NCBI GenBank assembly: GCA_044892525.1
Contig: CM097886.1
Span: 146,382,001-146,446,000, forward strand
DNA length: 64,000 nt
DNA from: Schmidtea polychroa
Taxonomy: Eukaryota
Direction: 5' to 3'
Shown here one piece after another: positions 51,701 to 63,430 of the stretch (position 1 is the stretch's first letter; each line of letters starts with the position of its first letter). Made by a program: the position numbers and the translations under genes. Below the pieces are notes generated by a model. That model saw only the letters and a list, made by a program, of their open reading frames with translations. It did not search any database and was not told the DNA's origin.

Positions 51701-54700
51701 AAAAATTTGTTTCTTTTTTAACCATTTTGTTTTACTAATGCTTAGGATCCTCTCCTTTTATATACCAACACAGTTTTATGTGGGCTTTCAAATGGGACTA
51801 TTTGTGAAAAAATACATTTTTAAGACTATATTTTTATTGCTATTTTGTAAACATACTAAATTTTGAATTAAAAAAGTATGGAAACATTTTACATTTCCAT
51901 GATTTTGTTTAAATGCATCAATTATAAATGTGTTTCTGGAATTTTCTACGACAGTATAAAATCAGCATTGATAATTTCATTTCTATTTCGAGCGAACTTT
52001 CTTTACAACTCATCAGTCTCATGTCTACAAGAAAGTATTTGTCAGACAATATTCGAGAAAGAATGGTGGACCTTTATATTAATGGTGCAAGGAAGAAAAT
52101 TGACATTGCAAAGGCTTTTTAAGTGCAGCGCAGTAGTGTGACTGAAGTTATCAAAAAATACCAAAACTATGGAAGTGTTCAAGATGCAAAAAAAAGTGGG
52201 AGACCTCGCAAAACAGACGAACACAAGGATCGAACTATCGTGAAAGAGGCCAAGAAAAACACATTCATAAATGCCAAAGCCATTTAAGAAAACTTAGACT
52301 TGAACAAGCAAACTGTTCGAAACAGACTGATGAGTGTTGGACTTCATGCACGTAACGCTGCCAAAAAGGCATGTTTCTGCTAATAATCATCGGGAAGGAA
52401 TTGCCTTTGCCAAAACACACATTGGCTGGACTACATAGAAATGGTCTACTCTGGTCTGATGAATTCAAGTTCAACCTTTTTGGTTCCGATTGTCGATGTA
52501 AAGTTTGGCGCCCAAATCGAGAAAAGTACAAAACTCTGTACCAAAATCCAACTGTTAAGCACGGAGATGGCAATGTTCTCGTTTGGGGAGTTTTCTCGAG
52601 ATCTGGAACGGGTACACTAACACAGATCACTGGCAACATGGGCAGATTTGTGTACTGTGACATCCTTGAAAAGACAATGTTGCCATATGTTAGGGTAAGG
52701 ATGCTTCATAAATGGATATTTTAACAGGACAACTATCCGAAGCATTCCTCAAAAGTCATACAAGAGTGGTTCGTGAAGAAAAAGGTCGATGTCCTGAAAT
52801 GGCAATCACAATCTCCGGACCTTAATTCAATCGAGCATCATTGGAATAAGATGGGAAGACGTCTTGGAGCTCAACATTTCTCGAACGCGAATCAGTTGTA
52901 TGAGAAACTTCAGAAAATTTGGTCTGAGATTCCTGTTAGCATTTGTGAGCGTCTTGTGGACTAAATGCCACGCCGTTGTCATGCAGTTTTGGATGGTGGT
53001 GAATATCTTACAAAATATTAATTATTATCTTGTTGTAAACTCTTGTTGACATTGTCATTTATTCAGTACAACAGAAAATTAAAAAAATGTTTCCATACTT
53101 ATTTGATTCAAAATTGGGAATATTTTAAAACAAATTACGAAAAAGGTGTCAAAATTTTCTCCCATTGTTTCACTGATTGTACCTTCAGAAAGCCCACATA
53201 AAACTGTACCAAGAAGCACTAGCGGGAAAATTCAAGTCATTCGCGCAATAAAATGATAAAAGAAACAAATTTCTATCTCATGTTTCCATACTTTTTTTGC
53301 TCACTGTATATGTTTATCTAAATATTCACTTATTGATTAATGCTGTTTCGTTTATAAAAACTAATTTCTTATAAATGAAATGTTTATTTCCGTATTTCAT
53401 ATATAAAAATAATGAAACTTAAATTTTGAATAAATATAATAGAGTAATAACAGAATAAGTTAATTATTGATTGAAAAATAATGTTTTTAATTATTGTATA
53501 ATACAGACTTTCTCAAAGTGGGCGATAACACCCCCTTGTGGGCGTTTGAGACCTAGATGGGGGCGTTGACGTGGGTTAAGAGGGCGATGGTAAATTTGTA
53601 ATTTCATTTACTTTATATTTTAAATTTCACTAAAATTAAAACCTACCTACTACACAATAACGAATAATTAGTTTATATTTCTACCCTGTATGATGGTATA
53701 AAACTTAAAATACTTAACATAGATTCCGTAGGATAGCCCGCACGCCGTACGCAATCAAGTTGTAACAAGTTTCTGTTAAATAACGCTATTGGAGCAATCC
53801 GGTAGCAATCAGCTGGTTCATCGATACTTGTGCTAACTTGCTCAGTACGATTGAGCGTCGAAAGAGATATTTATATATTATATAACCTCCTTTTTACTAA
53901 TCACTAACTCCCTTATTAGTGCCATCATTACCTATCTTGATCATCACTTTCCATATTTGTTAATTATTCCCCATTAGGGAATCACTTTCCTTTTCTGATC
54001 AATCAGATTCTTTTAGAATATGCAACTCATATATATTTTTGATCCAGGGGGCGCTAATTAATATTTTTTTGTGGAAAGGGGGGGGGGGGGGGCGGTAGAT
54101 CAAATAAGTTTGGGAACCAATGGTATAATACAAGAAAATAATTTTCAATCATTATCATTTTATAATCCAAAAATCCCATCTATTCCCGAAATACCTAAAG
54201 ATTATTATTACTATTTCATGTAAAAAAATTAATGAAATTTAAAAGATATTGCGAAACTAAAGTAATCAGAGAAATCAATTTCCTTTGCCCTTGCAATATA
54301 GAATGAAAATATTATCAATAATTTATGAAATTTAGAAAATGAGTGAGATAATTATCAGTTAAAATTTTTATGACTTATTTAGGTTAACTGTTTTATCAGG
54401 CCGAAAATTACTTTTATCATCGTCCCGACTTTCGGGATTTTTGAACTTTAATTGGAGCACTCATCTCCATAATTTAGAAGCTTCAGCTCCAAATATACAT
54501 GTGATTTACCCGGCCAATCAGAGGAAATGATGATATCGTATAAATTGTAAATTTTCGAAGCTGATACTCGTTAAGATTGTTTTTCTAATGCCAAAAACTT
54601 ATTACAGGAGATGGCAGATCAAACAAACTCATATGCTTCTCATGTGCTGCATCAAATCAATCCTGTCAATTAAGACACTGGGACCCAACTTCAAAAGATG

Positions 54701-55507
54701 AAATTAAGAAAAGGTTTATACATTTTTAACATTATTACATTTAAACACCAATTCCAGGAATTCTACGAGCTAGATATTTATTATAAATTATCTTGTCGTG
54801 CGAAATAACTTTCTGGAAGTGGTACTTGTCCTTTTTACATAGTTTTACATTAGAAAACATAAAAAGACACGAATCACTGGCGCATGATCCTTATCGGCTA
54901 GAGAAATAAAGACTGCGTCCGAAAAAAGCAAAATTACTGGAGTTCTGTAAAAATCAATTTCCTGGACAAAGAAAGACTAGACCAACTTACTCTTCTCGGA
55001 CGAGACGAAGGTGCAAAACTTACATATTCCGCGTACACACATATACAAACTTGAAGATGTACTGCACCATTGTCAATAAAGTACTGTTGACGAGCACCAT
55101 ATATCAAAATATTAATGAAATAGTGGAGTAATTTAATGATTCATTTCATTCAAAAACAAATTGCGAAAAGTTTAATTTTAGGTTCACTTAATATTATTTA
55201 CAATTTTAAAAAATAATAAAGTGTTACTTACCACTCACATTTAAGTCTTCAATTTTATTAGATGCGTCAATAAAAACTACAATATGATTAAATTTATCAG
55301 TAAAATACAAATAACCACCGAATTCATATTTTCCTTTGAATGCTTTCCTGAATCCTCCTGATTTTTCTCTAAATATTGTACCGCTTTGACTAAATTGCAA
55401 TATTTCAAGTAAAAAATTAAAAATTAATACTGATATCCATGAAGGCAAAGGATCTAAAATTAAAAATTAACAGCTTAAATTCATTAGAAAAATACCTTGT
55501 TGGTCAT
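39765..55507 (-). CDS. OVCA2: OVCA2/FSH1-family serine hydrolase (esterase), 8 exons, 208 aa
   Basis: Exons 55507-55496, 55453-55431, 55389-55319, 55276-55232, 40378-40263, 40221-40140, 40095-39949, 39895-39765. All introns are GT-AG and phases are compatible (627 nt total). Protein MTNKILCLHGYHQSGTIFREKSGGFRKAF...VFIDA...EYSWWFS...GPFAGILSFSQGAAF...GSTDKVIPS...HDGGHYMP has an intact Ser-Asp-His triad. Confidence 0.93.
41698..44377 (+). mobile_element. Ginger-type (KRBA2/SCAND3-like integrase) DNA transposon, defective
   Basis: ~221-bp TIRs beginning TGT, 4-bp TSD tata. Coding remnants: H..MGHGGRDK (zinc-binding), RGQVDLID, LQSDNGREF, VERSNQDVEQML, PHD-like CCVCGKAC...HLIC, and C-terminal CQC...CNTKRCACFKNNHVCNSRCH. 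Confidence 0.9.
44879..46727 (+). mobile_element. Tigger/pogo transposon (CENP-B HTH + DDE_1), one in-frame stop
   Basis: TIRs cagtaggtttcgcttatagagaac / gttctctttaagcggtatctactg with TA TSD. ORFs 45138-45803 and 45867-46610 are in one frame (WIQRFKTRH, IFNAVETGLFY, LLVDNCSSH, PPNTTSKLQPLDAGVI). Confidence 0.95.
46860..47390 (+). mobile_element. gypsy protease/linker fragment
   Basis: ALVMKNSSVMCLVEMDVLEQL (protease C-terminal ILGxDxL-like) and IPVCINNDKEVSLKPKTKFG linker. Confidence 0.45.
47419..48240 (+). mobile_element. Truncated LTR, distantly related to family B
   Basis: Starts tgctagggc with an AT-rich U3; tcttaggacggtttgtat resembles the family B core tctttagggcggtttgtat. Confidence 0.5.
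48241..48922 (+). mobile_element. hAT Buster-type 3' fragment with right TIR
   Basis: RFKDL...IINPF...YPLLWKEVKL..AFPSSYLVEKGFSAV...RGDLRMYLTKLE; TIR ttaagaaacactg. Confidence 0.85.
48990..49650 (+). mobile_element. piggyBac 3' fragment (Cys-rich C-terminal domain)
   Basis: KRGRCHVCPRSQDTKTKFLCTACQHYVCDVH. Confidence 0.8.
50480..51028 (+). mobile_element. hAT 3' fragment with right TIR
   Basis: LLRIFLTLPVTTASCE.SFSKLK*IKNYLRST; terminus ctagttacggccctg. Confidence 0.85.
51180..51350 (+). mobile_element. Ginger/KRBA2-like N-terminal fragment
   Basis: KTPEEYQRIARYDFIEIVNVEKFI resembles the KRBA2-type Y.+RYD+..IG..EKLI segment. Confidence 0.45.
51670..53306 (+). mobile_element. Tc1 transposon (DD34E), IR/DR type, pseudogenized
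   Basis: TA TSD; TIR cagtgagcaaaaaaa..tatg.aaacatgagata with inner repeats at ~51872 and ~53085; GRPRKT, WSDEFKFN, TVKHGDGNVLVWG, QDNYPKH, SPDLNSIEHHW. Confidence 0.95.
53504..54122. mobile_element. hAT-family MITE (619 bp)
   Basis: Imperfect TIRs cagactttctcaaagt / agtttgggaaccaatg with exact 8-bp TSD gtataata; no coding capacity. Confidence 0.85.
54600..55110 (+). mobile_element. Heavily deleted piggyBac remnant
   Basis: ADQTNSYA...RHWDPTSKDEIK (N-terminal part) followed shortly by RRRCK...MYCTIVNK (degenerate Cys-rich domain). Confidence 0.5.
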
Positions 55508-55869
55508 GGTAATTTTATAAATTATATATTAAACATATAAGATATTAAAATTACATAATAATAAACTTTATTAAAACACGTTAATATTATTAAAGTTATA
55601 AATTTTAATTACATTTAAAAGATTTATTAATCATTTTCAATGAATAATGAAATAGTTTTATAATAGTGCTAATTTTTGTTCTCATTTTCAAATACAGTTT
55701 TAAATATTATTTTATTAAAATTATATATTATAAGTGCCCTATTATGTCATTTTAATTTATTTTAGATTTTCAGTGGTTCCCGTGGGCCTGGTGAAGTCAG
55801 CCGTTAGACGGTTCCATTGAAATCCATATAAATATTATATGAGTGTAAACCTATCAGATTTATTGCTAG

Positions 55870-56305
55870 TAAACTATATACTAAAATTTCGCTAAAGAAG
55901 TTGTTGTCACAGCAAACGAAAAGGGATGAGTGGACGTGAATATGATCAGCTATTGGTTAGAAAAAATTTGGCGTAAACGCAATAATTCATTATTTTGCCA
56001 GAAATCAGTTATAATATATGATTCGGCTCGACCTTACATCACAGAAGAAGTCAAAGAAACAGTGAAAAGTTTTCAAAATTGGCTATTATTCCTGGAGGAC
56101 TGACATCTAAATTACAACCACTAGATCTAAGCGTTAATAAATCAATTAAAATCAAAATACGTGAGAAATGGGAGGACTGGGTGGTCTATGGATGACGAAG
56201 AAGAATCTGGAGAAGAATCCGAAAATCAAATCGAATCTGAAATTGCAGAATTTTTGGACGAGGTGTTTAAACTCTTTAATATTGAATCTAATGAGGAATT
56301 TGTTG
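55870..56305 (+). mobile_element. pogo DDE transposase fragment
   Basis: VVTANEKG*VD..YWLEKIWRKR...IIYDSARPY...IIPGGLTSKLQPLDLSVNKSIK..IREKWEDW, then an acidic tail. Confidence 0.85.
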
Positions 56306-56357
56306 TAGTTGGGGCAATCCGATCTGGTAATTTGGCAATAGAATTTTCAGTAAGAGC

Positions 56358-56546
56358 ATCGTCTAAATAACCGCCTTTCATATCATGACATAAGAGAACT
56401 TTATTGCGTTGCGAATTATGATTTTCGACAACTTTCATTCCATTCATTTCTTGGAATATTGGTTTCTGGTAATCAAATATACATTTGTTGCTAGTATTAA
56501 CTGGCTTCCAATTAATTAATTCCTTATATGTATATAATGGTCGCAT
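56358..56546 (-). pseudogene. ENGASE: 5' fragment of cytosolic endo-beta-N-acetylglucosaminidase (GH85)
   Basis: MRPLYTYKELINWKP...RNKVLLCHDMKGGYLDD matches the ENGase N-terminal LxCHDMxGGYLDD motif; similarity stops abruptly after DD. Confidence 0.8.
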
Positions 56547-57286
56547 TTTTCTACAAATTGGCTGATAAAATTGAAAACTTATAAAATAAATCATAAAGAG
56601 TTAATGTCAGTTTTTATTTAAATTACCAAAATTTTTAATTTGAATTACCAAGTTTTCATATATAAGTAAAACAAAAATATATAATAGAAACTACATAAAA
56701 AATGTAAATATAATCAGACCAGATAAACATATTCAACAGCCATTTCTCATTTACAAAATGTTAACTAAATATAATAATTTCATATAGTCCGATTATTTCT
56801 AAAGATTTTACAGCCTGCCGATTTGTCTATGAACCAATTTGACCATTGTCATTCGCATACAATATTTGAGGAAATGTATATCCTTTGCCGTTCTGATCCT
56901 TTTTTGCATTATCACATTGATCAGAATTTGTAAAGACGTGTGGTGGTTTGATAAAAAGATCTTTTCGGGTTCATATTATTGTTAGGATTTGTTCCGTATT
57001 TCGCGAATTGTAATGGATGAGGGTGTTGGTCTATGAGAGCCAACACTAAAACTATTGGGAGCCGTATACAGTTACTCTTGATAATGATAACATGGCATCG
57101 AATTTGCTTTACTCGTTTGAGATTGATTAATAGCGCCTGATTGATAAGTAGAAGTATTAGCTGATCGCACGAATTTCGATTGACTGTAATTGTGTTCTGC
57201 TTGGTCCTTATTCGCTAGTGACCGCGCATTTATATATATAATATAATATAATATAATATAATATAGTATAATAGATATATAGATAT

Positions 57287-58000
57287 TGTTAGGGCCGTGT
57301 AACGGCTCACTACAGAATTTGATGAATTTAATTAATAAAAATTAATTTTTAAAAATGTATAACTTTTTTTAATAATCTNNNNNNNNNNNNNNNNNNNNNN
57401 NNNNNNNNNNNNNNNNNNNNNNNNNNNNNNNNNNNNNNNNNNNNNNNNNNNNNNNNNNNNNNNNNNNNNNNNNNNNNNNNNNNNNNNNNNNNNNNNNNNN
57501 NNNNNNNNNNNNNNNNNNNNNNNNNNNNNNNNNNNNNNNNNNNNNNNNNNNNNNNNNNNNNNNNNNNNNNNNNNNNNNNNNNNNNNNNNNNGAATCACTG
57601 TCATCTTCAGGTAGAATTGAAATCAAACTAAATCAGTATAAATTGCTCTTTTGTTTATACAAACTAATTTACTAATTCATTAATTAATTTAAAATTAATT
57701 TCGCTAAAATTTTACAAAATTCTGGTTTTTATATTCAAACTTTAAAACTTTTAAAACTCACAAAAGTTGAAATCAAGCAAGATTCTAATAAATTTTTCAC
57801 AAAATTGTGTTTACTAATATTAATCAATTGCTTCAGTCGATAGTGATCAGGAACTTGAAAACGGAGATGATTGACAGTAATAAATTGATTTTGTGTATAA
57901 GTCGGACTTATGTAGAAGCCAATATTCTAATTTTTCTTTTTCACGACTTTTTTCCTTCGCGACTTATAGACAAAGACTTAGAGTACTAATAATCAAAATT
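57287..58000 (+). mobile_element. LTR-like sequence spanning the second gap
   Basis: Starts tgttagggccg after a TA-rich tract, with an AT-rich U3-like body; 3' end not resolved. Confidence 0.35.
57379..57591. other. Assembly gap (N run)
   Basis: 213 N. Confidence 1.
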
Positions 58001-59469
58001 TAAATATATTGATAATAATCGGAAAAATGACCTTTGCAATAATAATATTAATAGAAAAAGGCAACATTGATAAACATTTTTTAATGGAAGCAACTCCACG
58101 GCATACTCCCGACTTTCATATCCCAAAACAGTCACATTTCACACAATAGATGGACTAGATAATAATATTTTCTCCCCCATTACAGACAAACTATTACATA
58201 AGTAATCTCAACATCTTAGGGAATGAATTATTTGCGGATACACTAACGCAATTCGTAACCATATCTAAGGTAAATGACTATTCACTCGCAGATGCTTTTT
58301 CAGCCTTTTTTGATACGTTAAATAGAAACTATGCCCGCCTTTCAAAAATAATTTACCAAAATACTGAAAACAATGACCCAACGCGACCTTTCCCCCATAC
58401 CTAATACCAAACACACTCCAGACTCTTAACAACCTAGGGAATCAACTTTTTTATGACATACATAAACGCAACAATTATGTAACAATAGTAAGCAGCACAA
58501 TTATAATATCATAACCGACTATTTTTTATTACTAGTTTTTAAATATAAGCAACTAATAAAATTCCTTTTCAAAAAACAACACCCGCAATATATAACACTA
58601 AACATCCAACAACAAAACCTACAATTATTACAAAACCACATATTTAACCTAAAACATCCGCCCAATCGCAACTACCACAACAACTGCCACTACATCTATC
58701 ACCAAAATCACCACTTCAAATAAAACAAAAACCTATATTCCAGATTAGAAAACCTATTATAAACAATAGTGCACATATTATACCACAATAATTACCTCAA
58801 ATTCCACAAAATATTATTAAATCAACAACATTAAATAAGCACAGCACCGCACAAAACTCATACAACAATGCATCAAAAACAAACTCACATAACATTAATA
58901 ACTCACGCAGACCGCACTACACAAAACTTATACCATTAACACAAGAGCATAACGAAATTCAGAACACTACAGAACCAGATAGATTAGAACTTAATATCCC
59001 AATAAATTTTATAAACTTAGAAACATCCTCTAACACTGATCCAGGTGATGAGACTTTGAATAAAATACAATACACTGCAAATAACAAACATACTCCTATA
59101 GAAGCAACGGAAAACATTTAACAAGAAAAGTTCACAAAAAACCACAATATATGTGCAATATTAGTAGAATTAGACCAACAAGTAAATACCCCATTACATA
59201 AGGTAAATAAGTCTGTAAGGCAACACTAAACGAAAAAAAATTTCAAATACACTACCAGCTACAAACAAAGATTATATATAAAAATTACAAATATACAACT
59301 TGACGATTCAGAAACGATGAAACGACAAATAGGAAATGAAAAAAAAAACAATCACCAATTGAAACACAAATAACCCACAAGATTGATTTATATGACGATA
59401 ACCATTACATCGATACTAACGCAATAAAATTTAACTTTTAACCGGACATAATGTTTTGTAACATAAATG

Positions 59470-60529
59470 TGTTGGGTTTTCAGTTAATTTAAGTCGGTTA
59501 CCTCTGACTCCTCGTGTCCTTTAAATCAAAACAATAAACGACCCAACGTATATTGAAATCAAAATATATTTTCTCTCAATAATACACAATCAATAATAAA
59601 TAGTCCAACAGTTCGAGTTTGACCGATTCTCCGCTTGGTGTTGATGCTTTGATAAAGTTAATATTCACCTTTTATTTCCTTAGGTTCTCTTGACCAAAGT
59701 TTTCCTTTTTCTCTTTGATTTGATCCTTTTTCACTCTTTTTATTCTTATTCTATCTTTTCTTTTTCCTTAATCTCCTAAATTCGTTTCTACCTTTACCTA
59801 AGCTCGATTTCTTCTAACCCTAGCTGAGGCAAAATGCCCGATTTGCTCTGACTTTCCCCTTCCTTATATACTCTTCGAAATCGGGAGGACAAATGGTTAT
59901 TTCCGAGCCAATCTCTCACTTGACATTCGCTTCCACATATCTGCTTCGACTGTCACCCATAATGGTTCAACGAACAAAGATAATTAATGGCCCGTCCGGC
60001 CTTTCTACACGCACTATCTTCTCCTTGCTCTTTTCCAATTAATCATTGTGTCAAGCTAATGGGCCCAAATCTTCCTTCTGTTTACTTTTCTTTTTGTTTA
60101 CCCAGCTCGGGTTTCCGTCATCTCTCGGGTTCTCCATTGGCTCGGGTTTCCCATTAGCTCGGGTTTTCTATTAGCCAATTAATTAATTAATTAACGTTTT
60201 CTGTTTTTACACATTTGAATGCTTTTCGACCCTTCCTAACCATTTTCTGATAAATCCCTAATCATCGTATTTTTGACCAATTGCTAATCTATACCTGTTC
60301 CGTTTTCCCAATTCGATTTCGATGATTTTACAATTTATTGATTTTTCTCGGATTTCCGGATTCTTGCCTTTCGCAATTGTTTTTGGTATTTTCTAATACT
60401 GCTTCCATCACACTTTCCTTTACTATCAATTCTGTGCATGATCACGCTTTTATTTGTCTTTTTCTTCATTTACTTTTATTTAAATTTTCAACCTAAATTT
60501 AAATTTATTTTAATTTACAGACCTCAACA
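59470..60529 (-). mobile_element. Solo LTR, family A (1060 bp)
   Basis: TG..CA ends, 4-bp TSD aatg, homologous to 18520-19553. Confidence 0.93.
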
Positions 60530-62275
60530 AATGGATTGAAGAATTCGAAGGACTCTCAAGCTGAAAATTTAATGAATACATAAGAAATCCCTTAAAATTA
60601 TAATTATAAAATTATTTATTGTTCAAATCTTTTTTTAAAACAAAAATAACATAATTCAAGTCATACATATTTCATGGAAATAAAAAAAATAATACATATG
60701 AAACAAAACCAAACATTAATTTATAAAGAACAAGAACATTGAACCTATCAAATACAAACAATATATAACACACAATTTTGGCAAAAAACTGCATTTTGTG
60801 AATGTTCTTTGCATGTATTCATGTATTCAAGCGCAGCTACGCCGCTAACATCAATCAAATTCTGAAAAAATACAGAAGGCCACCTATTAGTTTTTCGTCT
60901 AACAGTAAAAGCATGACATAGTTTGTCCATGGTATCCACTCCTCCTTTTGTAACGTTATAAAACAAAATTTGATCAGGTTTCCATTTATTTTCAGTATGT
61001 TGATGTTTCGTAGATAACAATAAGACGAATCTATTTTTGTGGTACGTACGAAATTATTGACATTGTGTTTTTAAATCCGAAACTTGTGCTTTCAACTTCT
61101 CTAGATGGATGTCGCATGAATAATTGAGGTATACATATCTTATTTTTGCGAAGTGTTCCAACAGTAGTTAAGCCTTTAGACAACAAAGAGTTGGCTAGTT
61201 TGTAGTTTGTAAAATAGTTATCGAAAGTTATGTTTCTATTTGAACGATGAAACGGTATGCTTCAACAACATTTTGGGCTAAATTTAATGCTCTCGTGTTA
61301 CCCTCTTTGCCCAAATATGGAATTCCTTTCAAAGGATAAGCCGTTTCATTTTCAACAATCCACCAAATTTTTATTCCATATTTATCTGGTTTACTGGGTA
61401 TGTATTGCTTGAAACTTACTCGTCCAAGAAATGGAACCAACGGCTCATCAATTGTTAAGTTTTGACATAGAATATAATATTTTGAGAAATATTTATTTAG
61501 GATTTCCCAAACATCCCTAATTGGAGCCAATTTATCATTGGATCTGCGCACTGACCGAGTCTCCTTGTCATCAAATCGGTGAAATCTTAAAATTGACTTG
61601 AAACGCAGCATACTCATAGTAGCGCGAAATATAGGGCTTTCAAAAAGAGGATCCCAAAAACCTTCATAATTCACATTTCTATTGCGGTAGGTAGGAGTCC
61701 TTTGAATGCAACTATTTCTATTGGGGTAGTATTTTTCCATTTACCACCAATTTTTCTTGTAGCTTCAATATTTGTATGTTTTACAATTGTTTCAATTACT
61801 TCGTCGTTGAAAAATAACGAAAAACAATCAACAGGTCTATCGATTTTATAACTAGAAGAGAGCTTCACATTTTTGCGTGGGTTTTTGAATGGATGTGGGC
61901 GTCTGTGATATAGTGTTGGTTTCGATTCCCATTGAGTCCCATCCTTTCCCATAAAGGTTTCACTTTCATTTTGTTCTCCATTCATCGATTCATCTTTGTA
62001 ATATAACGTGTCATCTTCCTCGGAATCTCTTTCCGTATAGTTAGATTCGCTATCTGATACCGAATCCACATCAGAATTTTCTTCTTCAATAGTATCTTCA
62101 TTTTCTAAATCTGATTCTACTTCAATTGCACGACGAATTTGTTCCTCATTCAAACCTCTTTTCATATTTATAGCAACACTTTCTTCTGTAAGAGTATCTT
62201 CATTTTCTTCATTTGTTTCTACTTCAAATGCACGACGAATATATGAATCATTTAAACCTTTTTTTATTTTTGTTA

Positions 62276-62357
62276 CTTCGACTTATACGCGGGTTTCCAA
62301 TTTAAGACTTAAAAACCTTTTAAAATTTACTCGACTTATACTCGAGTATATACGGTA
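62276..62357. mobile_element. pogo/Tigger-type terminal fragment inside the piggyBac 5' region
   Basis: tcgacttatactcgagtatatacgg-TA plus an internal tcgacttatacgcg repeat, the typical pogo TIR. Confidence 0.65.
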
Positions 62358-62789
62358 ATTTTATTTTTAATTATTTGATGAGCCTTTCAGACTCATCTGT
62401 CCGTTTATGTTATTTTTTTTTGAAAACACGTTATTTTAAAAACTTCGAAAAAATTTGAATATTGTTTTAAGAAAATTCATGATTCAATAAAACAATGTGC
62501 AAAAAAATTAAATTTGAATTAGTATTAATTCTGGTTTACGTATGGTTAAAAAAAGAGTGCAAAAGACTCTTCTGTCCGGTTAAAGGTTAATAATGAAATA
62601 AACAATGCAAAAAAAGAAACAACAATTAACATAATAAATATCTCCTAAAGAATCTACCTGCTATTAAACAAAACAAACCATTATAAATGTAAAAGATACT
62701 ATTAAGAAAATCGACTCACAACCTACAACAACTTCTTATCAACAAAAAACAACAATTGTGTCAAAGGATGTTCTTCTCGAATTAATCAG

Positions 62790-63430
62790 ACTTCATAATA
62801 GGTTCGCATTCTGTCTTTGAATGGTTTATTTGCAGATACATCGAGAAGTTGTAGTTGACTTGTCATTCCTCCTGGGATTATTACGACATCACATTATTTT
62901 CTTTTTATTTTTTAATTTACGTTATCAGTCAAGTGTCCTCGGAACGCATCCATTACTAGCATGCTTCGTCTCTTTAAAAGAGCACCAAGTCTCTTCTTCC
63001 AAACGTTTCTACCAAGTCTTTCATCAATTCTGACGTCATCCAGGCATTTTTTTGTGTTCGGATTACAACACCTTTAGGAAAATTCTCTTTGGGTATGGTT
63101 TCTCTGTTTAAATAATGAAAGGTGGCAATTTATTTCCGTCAGCTGTTATAGACAACATTGCGGTAATGCGCGACTTTTGACATCCAGTAGTTAATATTTG
63201 TATTTGTTTTTTATCTTTTCTGGTTTACTGTATAGTTTTTTTGGCATATCGAAGAAGATTGCTAATTCATCAGCGTTTCCAATTTGACTAAATGAATAAT
63301 TATGCTCTTTTCTCAAGTTGATAACATGGTACTGAAAACTGAGTAAATCTTCAAAATCCGATGGTAACTTTTGAATGATTGTCGTTCTTCTTCGTAGTGC
63401 TAATTCTTCCAGTTTCATGAAATTCTTGTA
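62790..63430 (-). mobile_element. pogo transposase remnant
   Basis: FMKLEELALRRRTTIIQKLP, IGNADELAIFFDMP, and KENFPKGVVIRTQKNAWMTSEL. Confidence 0.85.

Larger units (their letters stand above)
59435..62586 (-). mobile_element. piggyBac transposon (PGBD4-like transposase pseudogene) with nested solo LTR
   Basis: TTAA TSDs (59431, 62587); TIR cttttaaccggaca / tgtccggttaaagg. Frameshifted ORFs 61671-62165, 61228-61740 (LTIDEPLVPFLGRVSFKQYIPSKPDKYGIKIW) and 60748-61020 (YNVTKGGVDTMD). Confidence 0.93.

Noticed and set aside
55765-55830. GC-rich hairpin island upstream of OVCA2 as an ncRNA or Helitron 3' end
   Set aside because: No recognisable RNA family, and the CTAG lies too far from the hairpin; left unassigned.
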